From Octopus bimaculoides (taxonomy: Eukaryota), in contig NC_068981.1 in the NCBI RefSeq assembly GCF_001194135.2, positions 8,230,172-8,294,133 on the forward strand: a DNA stretch of 63,962 bases, read 5' to 3'. Positions 56,101 to 62,595 of the stretch are shown piece after piece; positions within the stretch are counted from its first letter, which is position 1, and each line of letters starts with the position of its first letter. A program made the position numbers and the translations under genes. Under the pieces are notes generated by a model that saw only the letters and a list, made by a program, of their open reading frames with translations, was not told where the DNA came from and made no database searches.

Positions 56101-57305
56101 AAGAAGCAGTTAAGCACTGAAATAGACTTCCCCTCCCCTCAAAATTACAGGCTTTGTGCCAGGATCAAGAAATTATAAACTTGTGTTTTATTTATCTAAA
56201 ACAGCAAGCCCCAGGCTGACATCATGTTACTTTACTGGTTGTAGGCAGTTTACCAAGGCATAAACCCATCTGAGTGCAAGAAGTATAACAGACCATTCCT
56301 TCTTTGACAAACGACTTGAAGCATCCATGGGGTTATTTTTTGAAAGAAAGGGATTTAGGATTCCTTTCTTTCCCTAAATCTTGGAGGGTCATCTAGTTAT
56401 TCCCTTTTTAACATGTGGGCAACATCCAAAACTTTGATTTTTTTTTTTAAGGGGTGCCAACACCAAAAAAAGGTCAAAGAAAAATTTATTTATATTTCTA
56501 GAGGGAAGACCATAAAAGGATGGTTGAGGGCATCAATTGAGGACTGCTGCCTTAGACACTTTTAATTCTTAATATTCCACATTTTATACTCCGCTGAGAC
56601 CAACCTAGCTTTTCATCCTTTTGCAGTCAATAAAATGTGTACCAGCTGAGCACTGGGGGTCAATGTGATCAACTTAAACCCTCCCCTGATAATATTTTTG
56701 GTTGAGGCTTTAAGTTAAAATATGACCCCTTGAATGTTGGTAACTGAAAACCATGTGCTTAGGATGCAACCCCTCAGCTCAAGAAAACCTGATTTGTTTC
56801 TCTCCCTACAGTGCTACTTATTCAGAATTCATTTTTCTCTCACTTTTCTCATGTTTATGGTTAAGATGGTGGCTTATTTACTAATAATACTGTGTCATGG
56901 CTAACTTAATAATTATATTCTCACACATCAATAATGTTGTTTATTCTAACCTTTTGGCATTCAGATTAATTCCTGCATTATCTCGTGCCTTCAAAATTTC
57001 AATAATGTGATTGTTTATTTTTAGAACAACATTGAAGGATAGGTATGAGAGGCCAGTTTGAACAGATATGGTCAATTTAAATGCTAAAGGGTTGAATATT
57101 TCATTCAAATTTGTGTTGTTTATCCTTTCATCCTCACACATTGATGTTGTGTAAAAATCCATTGTTATTTATATTTTCAGAAAAGTTGGCTTCTAACTTG
57201 TCTGACACCATGGATAGTTTGTTGACTTTTGATACAGAGGAAAACAACGGTGATGCTGAATGTATGGACTCTGGATCAGACTATGAATTTGACAAACATT
57301 TCTGA
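26238..57305 (+). CDS. GNL3: Nucleostemin / guanine nucleotide-binding protein-like 3 family (GNL3/GNL3L; Nug1/Grn1 ortholog), circularly permuted YlqF/YawG-type GTPase, 17 coding exons, about 613 aa
   Basis: Hand-spliced exons: 26238-26256, 26347-26399, 30754-30814, 33918-34000, 34152-34271, 35952-36059, 39497-39632, 40813-40916, 42639-42780, 43820-43907, 45334-45445, 46523-46588, 47840-47982, 49484-49614, 54242-54417, 55785-55959, 57181-57305. All introns are GT-AG, phases are compatible, and the total is 1842 nt with no internal stop. Motifs: basic N-terminus [25 protein letters not shown]; [12 protein letters not shown]; [17 protein letters not shown]; G4 NKID; G1 GLPNTGKS; G2 GITK; G3 DSPG; acidic C-terminus DYEFDKHF. 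The GNL3 versus GNL3L paralog label does not strictly apply to an invertebrate single-copy gene. Confidence 0.95.
26347..26399 (+). CDS. GNL3: GNL3 exon 2 ([17 protein letters not shown])
   Basis: tttcag acceptor, AAG|gtaaga donor; matches the KxSKRxxxxxRYKIxKK N-terminal motif. Confidence 0.9.
27190..27900 (+). mobile_element. Penelope-like element relic (RT C-terminal region and GIY-YIG endonuclease) with an inverted terminal repeat at its 5' side
   Basis: Translates to RTSVYRKQT...[30 protein letters not shown] and, after the gap, [19 protein letters not shown]; the - strand repeat at 27190-27310 is the same family as 34727-34957. Confidence 0.8.
29066..29286. mobile_element. piggyBac-type MITE (about 220 bp)
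   Basis: TTAA target on both sides, CCCTTT...AAAGGG termini; second copy in the opposite orientation at about 41192-41415. Confidence 0.8.
29421..30279 (-). mobile_element. Internally deleted Tc1/mariner-superfamily transposon, DD37D (maT) type
   Basis: Imperfect TIRs (tagggtg...aaactgtcgtc / ggcgacaatttac...caccctg) flanked by TA. The - strand reads [11 protein letters not shown]...[15 protein letters not shown], with 37 residues between the 2nd and 3rd D. Contains stop codons. Confidence 0.85.
30754..30814 (+). CDS. GNL3: GNL3 exon 3 ([20 protein letters not shown])
   Basis: Polypyrimidine tract then taag acceptor; A|gtaagt donor. Confidence 0.92.
32695..33510 (-). mobile_element. 5'-truncated RTE LINE 3' end: ORF2 C-terminus, tandem 3' UTR modules and (ATG)n tail; reference copy of the dominant repeat family
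   Basis: [22 protein letters not shown]...GRGRPRKTW (ORF 33207-33554), then the UTR and the tail gacgttaaacgatgatgatg. Confidence 0.9.
33918..34000 (+). CDS. GNL3: GNL3 exon 4 ([27 protein letters not shown])
   Basis: tttcag acceptor, CAG|gtacgt donor; conserved PNSxPFKE motif. Confidence 0.93.
34152..34271 (+). CDS. GNL3: GNL3 exon 5 (coiled coil [15 protein letters not shown]...EVVYR)
   Basis: ccag acceptor, AGG|gtaagt donor; 120 nt, phase 0/0. Confidence 0.88.
34727..34957. repeat. Fold-back of two Penelope-like terminal repeats, each carrying a degenerate minimal hammerhead core
   Basis: Arms of about 95 bp (34727-34822 and 34858-34957) are reverse complements; each reads gacac-CTGATGAA-GGCTG-N10-CAGCC-GAAA(C/T)-GT. 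Confidence 0.75.
35215..35330 (+). mobile_element. BovB-like RTE extreme 3' fragment (C-terminal zinc knuckle)
   Basis: [22 protein letters not shown] (ORF 35259). Confidence 0.6.
35952..36059 (+). CDS. GNL3: GNL3 exon 6 (PQGLSEV...[13 protein letters not shown])
   Basis: ttttcag acceptor is the in-frame choice; AAG|gtaagt donor; YYKEFKK precedes the GTPase domain. Confidence 0.87.
38069..38197 (+). ncRNA. Type I hammerhead ribozyme motif with elongated stem II, in GNL3 intron 6
   Basis: Stem I AATCT(38069-73)/AGATT(38193-97); core CTGAAGA(38074-80); stem II GGCCTAG(38081-87)/CTAGGCC(38174-80); GAAAC(38181-85); palindromic AGCT loop; GTA cleavage triplet (38190-92). Confidence 0.75.
38678..38916. 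repeat. About 240-bp direct duplication; second copy at 40243-40480
   Basis: Essentially identical apart from 1-nt indels; the first copy ends at an N gap. Confidence 0.9.
39497..39632 (+). CDS. GNL3: GNL3 exon 7 ([22 protein letters not shown]...LVLNKI)
   Basis: ORF-track hit 39497; DARDP motif and G4 NKID split by G|gtaagt. Confidence 0.96.
40813..40916 (+). CDS. GNL3: GNL3 exon 8 ([27 protein letters not shown]...)
   Basis: tgcag acceptor, TTG|gtaaga donor; WLKYLxxEFPT motif. Confidence 0.95.
41192..41415. mobile_element. piggyBac-type MITE, same family as 29066-29286
   Basis: ttaa-tcctttcgttact ... caaaaggg-ttaa; the interior is the reverse complement of the 29066 copy. Confidence 0.75.
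42639..42780 (+). CDS. GNL3: GNL3 exon 9 (...[29 protein letters not shown])
   Basis: gtag acceptor, G|gtaagt donor; GxxxLMxLLxNY and IRVGVVG motifs. Confidence 0.94.
43820..43907 (+). CDS. GNL3: GNL3 exon 10 (P-loop [16 protein letters not shown]...PGITK)
   Basis: ccag acceptor, AA|gtaagg donor; G1 and G2 motifs. Confidence 0.96.
45334..45445 (+). CDS. GNL3: GNL3 exon 11 ([20 protein letters not shown]...LKNCVK)
   Basis: cacag acceptor, AAG|gtatgt donor; G3 DSPG. Confidence 0.95.
46523..46588 (+). CDS. GNL3: GNL3 exon 12 ([22 protein letters not shown])
   Basis: ttag acceptor, CAG|gtaaga donor; DPxxxVExILxRC motif. Confidence 0.92.
47840..47982 (+). CDS. GNL3: GNL3 exon 13 (IMIHYKIP...[33 protein letters not shown])
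   Basis: catag acceptor, AG|gtaacc donor; KKGGxPD motif. Confidence 0.94.
49484..49614 (+). CDS. GNL3: GNL3 exon 14 ([10 protein letters not shown]...[14 protein letters not shown])
   Basis: tttcag acceptor, C|gtaagt donor; GxIxYYTxPP motif. Confidence 0.93.
49718..49995. repeat. 57-bp minisatellite, about 5 copies, in GNL3 intron 14
   Basis: Unit gtatgattgatgactgacctgaagattgattgaagggtctacagccataaagagttt; explains the 19-aa repeats in ORFs 49585, 49694 and 49815. Confidence 0.92.
50104..50450 (+). mobile_element. tRNA-derived SINE family B, near full length
   Basis: A box tggctgtgtggtaag, B box ggttcagtccc, ccttgggcaagtgtctt, internal (tg/ta)n, tail gcagtcaaatgactgaaaca. Other copies near 6905-7165(-), 9195-9598(-), 23211-23345(+), 36525-36865(+), 37175-37510(-), 42240-42455(+), 50583-51200(+), 52298-52660(+), 55510-55700(-), 58165-58400(-). 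Confidence 0.85.
52235..52776. mobile_element. hAT/Charlie-like non-autonomous element containing a nested SINE (52298-52660)
   Basis: Termini cagtggttcttaacc ... ggttgaggcccactg; 8-bp flanks ttctacac / atctagag resemble the Charlie NTCTAGAN target. A related 5' end begins at 63450. Confidence 0.6.
53280..54200 (-). mobile_element. RTE LINE 3' portion, older copy of the same family
   Basis: (cat)n tail, shared UTR and decayed ORF2 C-terminus (rc of ccataccagtgcaatcgtctctcttgcacacc). Confidence 0.85.
54242..54417 (+). CDS. GNL3: GNL3 exon 15 (acidic, low-conservation region)
   Basis: tttcag acceptor, GAG|gtattt donor; phase 1/0 fits its neighbours; ORF track 54253-54435. Confidence 0.82.
55785..55959 (+). 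CDS. GNL3: GNL3 exon 16 (Ser/Thr-rich, then basic [10 protein letters not shown])
   Basis: tttcag acceptor, G|gtaagt donor; ORF track 55776-55967. Confidence 0.85.
57181..57305 (+). CDS. GNL3: GNL3 terminal exon 17 ([12 protein letters not shown]...SDYEFDKHF*)
   Basis: ttttcag acceptor; family-typical DYxF C-terminus; TGA stop. Confidence 0.9.
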
Positions 57306-57340
57306 AGAAAAGGCTTGGCAGTGTTTCTGTATAAAGGCAA

Positions 57341-57346
57341 AATAAA
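57341..57346 (+). terminator. Probable polyadenylation signal of GNL3
   Basis: AATAAA 35 nt after the stop, followed by a GU/U-rich tract at about 57393-57440. Confidence 0.55.
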
Positions 57347-58530
57347 CCATGAAATTTTTAATAGTCATTCTTGTTTCATATTCAAGATCTGATGTGTGTG
57401 TGGCAGTATTGTTTTTTGTTTTGTTTTTTTTTGTGTTGTTGCTTATCCTAATGGAAATACTGTGTTCCAGTACCAATCAAAATGGTTGAAAATGGCTTTA
57501 ACAGCAATTGATTTGAGATTGGAAAGTTCTGAAGAGAACTTAGCCATGAAGACTGTCTCAGACACATTTAGTAGAGAAGCAATTAGAAATGGTTCAATCT
57601 CAAAACCTTCTCTGTTGGAACTGTGTTTTCAGTTCAAATTTTGCTGGGCTAAAATTGAAGGATCTGTTAGGTGACTGTACCCTTTCCCAGAATCTGGGGT
57701 ATTTTTAGCCTCAGATATCCCCTTATTATCGGTGAAAGAAGGAAAACCACTTCCAGCTTTTTCTTAAATCTCTGTTGTTATATATCAATGTTTACATTCA
57801 AGAAGGGCATCCAGCTATAGAAACCAAACCAAAGCAGACACTGGAAGAAATTGCAGTCCTTCAACCCATCAGATCCTGTCAAATTGTCCAACCCATACCA
57901 GCAGAGAACATGGATTATTAAATGTTGATGACAAAAGACATAAGGATTAGTGAAGGAATGCTAGAAATAATTGTTTATGAAGTAAATTATTTTAAAATAA
58001 CACCAACCACTCTCTCGGAGTGGTTGGTGTTAGGAAGGGCATCCAGCTGTAGAAACTGTGCCAGATCAGATTGGAGCCTGGTGCAGCTTCCCGGCTTGCC
58101 AGTTCTTAGTCAAACAGTCCAACCCATGCCAGCATGGAAAACGGACGTTAAATGATGATGAATCAACCCCAGAGTTAGTACTTTCTTAAGCCTGCTACTT
58201 ATTCCATCAGTATCTTTTTGCCAAACTACTAAGTTACAGGGATGTAAACATACCAACATTGGTTGTCAAGCAGTGGTGGTGAACAAACACATAATTTTAC
58301 ATATATATATATATGATGGGCTTCTTTCTGTTTCTGTCTTCCAAACCGACTCTCAAAACTTTGGTTGGTGGGAGGCAATAGGAGATACTTGCTCTGCACC
58401 TAAAAGCTATTTATATAATCCTGTGGTTTGCCAGTCCTCAGTCAAACCATCCAACCCATGCCAGCATGGAAAGCAGACATTAAACGTTGATGATGTATGC
58501 ATGCATAAATATGCACATGTGTGTATATAA

Positions 58531-58603
<73 letters not shown>

Positions 58604-61095
58604 AGATAATAAGAGTGAAAAAATTACAGAAGGCTTTCACATTACTTTTGGCAAATGTCTTCTACTATAACCCCAGGCTGACTAAAACCTTATGAATGGA
58701 TTTCATCCACAGAAAACCCGTTGTGTGAACCTGTTTGCATTTGCACTTGATGATAATCTCCTGCTGTGAGGGTTGTGGTCACTCATCTTGTCAACAAATT
58801 GTTCATTCACTCTCTCACTTGGAGATGTAATAGAAGAAAAATAGGGAAGGGTTAGCAACAAGAAAGATACTCGGCTGTAAACCAATGCTTCAGTAACGTA
58901 TCTGTCCTACGAATAACAAGAACAAAAAGATATTAGGTTAGATTATGACAATGATACAATAAAGAGAAAAACAAATCAAAATTGCAGGAAGTCAGTAAAA
59001 GTTCTGACTTAGGGAAGTTCTTAAAAGTTGTAAACAGATTCCAGGAAGAGGCAGACAATAAATCCATGGTACTGATATGACAAAGTTGGGTAGGTAGATG
59101 GAAGTTATCACAAGTAAAAACCTTGCAACTGAAAAAAGAAAAAGGCATGCAGATTGATCCATACAGTTGTTTCAAAAGTAAATGCAGAATTAGTGCAGTT
59201 CACTGCATGCTGCAAGCATCTTCAGAGGGAATGTAGATGAAGAGAATTGCAACTATTCCAGAAACAGCTGTAAGGATCTGCACAACTTCTTTCAGTTACA
59301 AGGTTTTTTACTTGTGATAACTTTCATCTCCCTACCAAACTATGTCATATCAATACTGTGGACTTCTCTTCTGTCTCTTCCTGTAATCTAACTGTTAACA
59401 TCACAATTATTGAAAACTTTTACTGACTTCCTGCAATTTTCTCTTCTCTATGCATTTGTTTTTTTTCCTCATAATCTGCCTTGATACCTGTTGTTTGCCC
59501 ATCATTTTGGTCTCTCTTTATACTGCTAAAACTGATTGCTTCCATGCATGCTTGTCTGTAATTTAATACAGCAAAACCAGCGCATAATGGGGAAATATTC
59601 TGAAAGTAAGGTACCCTTGAAATGTGACTACAAATGGAATAAAACAAGTTTCACATAAATCAGATCATGGATTCCTGAAATATGCAGTTTTTTTTGAGGT
59701 TTGTTTCCACAAATTTAAGCAGTGAAACCTGGAGTTATTGCTAAATAGAATATATGAAAAATTTTCCACCTTACTAAACTGCTTCACATGTATGACATCT
59801 CTGGATAATCTATCTACCTATATACTACTAAAACTCTGTGATTGCTTGCTTGTGTGTGCGAAGCACCCACTACACTCTCTGAGTGGTTGGCGTTAGGAAG
59901 GGCATCCAGCTGTAGAAACTCTGCCAAATCAGATTGGAGCCTGGTGTAGCCATCTGGTTTCACCAGTCCTCAGTCAAATGGTCCAACCCATGCTAGCATG
60001 GAAAGCGGACGTTAAACGGCGGCAATGAGACCAGTACATAATGGAAAAATATTCTGAAAGTAAAGTACGCCTGAAATATGAATACAAACAATAAAACAAG
60101 TTTCATATAAATTGGGCCATGGATTCCTGAGATATGTGGGGTTTTTTGAGGGTACCTTCATAAATAGTCAAAACAGTACATAATGGAAAAATATTCTGAA
60201 AGTAACATAACCCTGAAAAGGGAATAAAAAAGACTGAAATAACAGTAGATACAAGAAGCTGAATCCAGCCACCATCAAGGAAGTGATGTTCTCTTGTAAA
60301 CTCTGGACACAAAAGAAGTGTAGTGGGGGCTACAGACTCGTGTCTGACCACAAAGGTGGACTTCAAAGGTTCTTAGAAGGAGTGGTTGACAGCTTCTGCT
60401 ATTTTGGTGAACGAATGAAAAGTAGGTAGATGGGTGGTTCTGAAAGCCTAGAAGCCAAAGCAAGAGTAGGTTAGAAGCCAGCGAAGGAGCTGACAACAAA
60501 GAACTTCTCCTTCACAATGAAGAACATAGTATAAATGGGATTGATCTATACATTGATTATGTGACGATTTATTTTCATGAAATTAGGGTGACATTGTCAT
60601 CATTTGCGCTCAGTTTACTTTCATTTTTTTTTTAAATCCCTAAATGCATTTTTCAATATATCCTTATTTAAGATGGGTGGATGTGATTTAAGAGCGATTT
60701 TGCTACTATTTCTAGCAAACCGAGGGACTCCCTATTCCTCGGTTCAAGGGACACAACTTTGTCATGTTCCCATGTTGAAGGCCCGTGAGAAGGATTCAAA
60801 TATGATTTCTTTCAAGTAGTTACATCACTGTTCTTACACAAATCATCGCGTGACCTTGACCTGCCAGAAATAACAGTCACATTTCCCTCAAATAGCACCC
60901 GGCATTCTTAAAAATAGGACGAAGATCACAGTGGGAACTGAATTAGGGTTTAACAACGAAGATCTGGATATTAAAAAAAACACCTTCCAGGCTCAGAGGC
61001 TCCGCAGTCAAGGAATCCCAGTCAAGAAAACAATTAAACAAATATTTAATAATTTATTTAAATGTTAATATAACTTTAGCTGTAACATATCAATA

Positions 61096-61349
61096 CAGGG
61101 TGTCCACAAAGTCTGGGTACATGGAGTAAATAATATCATAACATAAACAAATATAAGAAATAATAATTTGTTAAAATAAATAATTTGTCAAAACGGTAGA
61201 TGAGTAGGGGCCGAAACCGGACGCGGTTCCTCCTGATGATGTCTTGAGCTAACTGGATCCTATAAAGGAGCTGTTGTGGTAGCAGACCACGAAACATGGT
61301 TGAAATTCCTGTGTTAATCCCCATGTACCCAGAGTTTGTGGACACCCTG
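61096..61349. mobile_element. 254-bp Tc1/mariner-type MITE
   Basis: 29-bp TIR cagggtgtccacaaa(g/c)tctgggtacatgg with one mismatch; TA on both sides. Confidence 0.85.
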
Positions 61350-61473
61350 TATATGTAGAACAGAAATAAATTTATTATGGCAGCAGGTTTCAAGAAACTA
61401 CGACCAAAATAACTGAGTATATAACACAAAAATTCCTTATTATACAAAAACAAATTTTAACTCAACCGGTTTG

Positions 61474-62391
61474 TTATTTCCAAAACATAACTGTCAATAA
61501 AAAAACCAGGGCCACCGTTCCTCCAAGAAGTCCTTTTGCTCTTCTATGTCTTTCCTCTTCTTTATATCTTTCTAAAACTGCTTCCAAATTTTCGTGGCTA
61601 GATTTCCTAGAGTCTTTCATAGATCCATAATAAACCCAAAAGTCGTCGTCATATTTCAGAGCACGTCTCTTAATCTGAGATTTGTTTTGAAGGTGTTTAT
61701 TGTAATGGTCTTGCATGCTTCCACTGGTGTGTCTCCTGAGCTCTTCAGAACTTATTTGTTTGTTGCTCATCAGTTCTCTCTCATACATTCGCCGTTTTTG
61801 AGTGTCTTTAAGGATTTCGTAAGCTGCAGAAATTTCCGCAAACTTTGTAACTGCTTCTTGTGATCTATTCATATCAGGATGATACCGTTTCGATAAACGG
61901 TAAAAAGATTTCTTAATTTCCGAATTGTGGGCCCTGGGAGTTACTTCTAAAACATCAAACAAGTTTCGACTTTTGATCTCAAACTTACGTCCAACACGTT
62001 TAGAAGAGAGGAAACGGGCAGAAAAGCATTTCCGATTGTATAACAATCTGTTAACTGCTGTAGGTCTTTTATTTTGAGAAATGTAAATATTCCTTGTGAT
62101 GGCCCAATGCGTGCCATAAGGGCACCTTTGTTTGTTAATTAAGAGTCCAGGCACATGTTGACACATACTTACATAAGAGTGGAGCAATCTACTTGTATAA
62201 AACCTGTTTTGAAGATATCTTCTTCGATCAAAATATCGAGCCTTGGATGGACAAATACTTCGAAAATTAGATCTGCCGGTAAATCCATGAGAAATTAAAC
62301 AGATCCTGAAAGGAATCTGGGAGTTATTGAGAGCCATAAACACTGACCTCAACCGGTTGTTGGCTCCGAAACTCAGCTCTATATATATCAT
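61474..62391 (-). CDS. DNAJC30: Intronless J-domain co-chaperone, DNAJC30-like (mitochondrial); 305 aa from the first ATG, or 287 aa from the ATG at 62337
   Basis: J domain (NLFDVLEVTPRAHNSEIKKSFYRLSKRYHPDMN...KFAEISAAYEILKD) with HPD; Arg-rich, acid-poor N-terminus resembling a presequence; C-terminal hydrophobic segment (GLLGGTVALVFLLTVMFWK). The single exon and BUD23 neighbour favour DNAJC30 over other J proteins. Confidence 0.85.
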   Translation of the reverse strand: MIYIELSFGANNRLRSVFMALNNSQIPFRICLISHGFTGRSNFRSICPSKARYFDRRRYLQNRFYTSRLLHSYVSMCQHVPGLLINKQRCPYGTHWAITRNIYISQNKRPTAVNRLLYNRKCFSARFLSSKRVGRKFEIKSRNLFDVLEVTPRAHNSEIKKSFYRLSKRYHPDMNRSQEAVTKFAEISAAYEILKDTQKRRMYERELMSNKQISSEELRRHTSGSMQDHYNKHLQNKSQIKRRALKYDDDFWVYYGSMKDSRKSSHENLEAVLERYKEEERHRRAKGLLGGTVALVFLLTVMFWK

Positions 62392-62550
62392 TTATTTATA
62401 AATATAACAAAACAAATATTTCAAAACATTCCATATCAAAATACATGGTTTATTATTGTTTCAATGCTGAAAAGAGTTTATAAACTTTTATGAAAGAAAA
62501 TCTATTTAGAAACTGCTAGCTTTGCTTGATTCCTTTAAACTTGTCGCAAT
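62392..62550. promoter_or_regulatory. Putative bidirectional promoter / 5' UTR region between DNAJC30 and BUD23
   Basis: 159 nt between divergent ATGs (213 nt if the 62337 ATG is used); inferred from geometry only. Confidence 0.55.
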
Positions 62551-62595
62551 ATGGCAGCGAGTGGTCGGCCTGAGAGACAAGCTCCGCCAGAAATT
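62551..62595 (+). CDS. BUD23: First coding exon of the 18S rRNA m7G methyltransferase BUD23/WBSCR22 (MAASGRPERQAPPEI); the gene continues beyond the window
   Basis: GC-rich 45-nt exon in AT-rich DNA, ATG followed by a strong phase-0 donor ATT|gtgagt. The peptide matches the recalled Bud23-family N-terminus (yeast RPEELAPPEI-FY, human RPEHGGPPEL-FY). Exon 2 (FY...EARKY) was not found in the window. Confidence 0.8.

Noticed and set aside
26400-57180. SNORD19/SNORD69-type snoRNAs expected from vertebrate GNL3 introns
   Set aside because: No C/D pair with terminal stem and matching guide found by eye; most TGATGA words are RTE tails. An Infernal search is needed to exclude them properly.
61226-61305. 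CTGATGA...GAAAC hammerhead candidate inside the MITE
   Set aside because: Bases adjacent to the core do not form stem II, and stem I is not evident
61594-61863. 89-aa + strand ORF
   Set aside because: Antisense shadow of the DNAJC30 CDS
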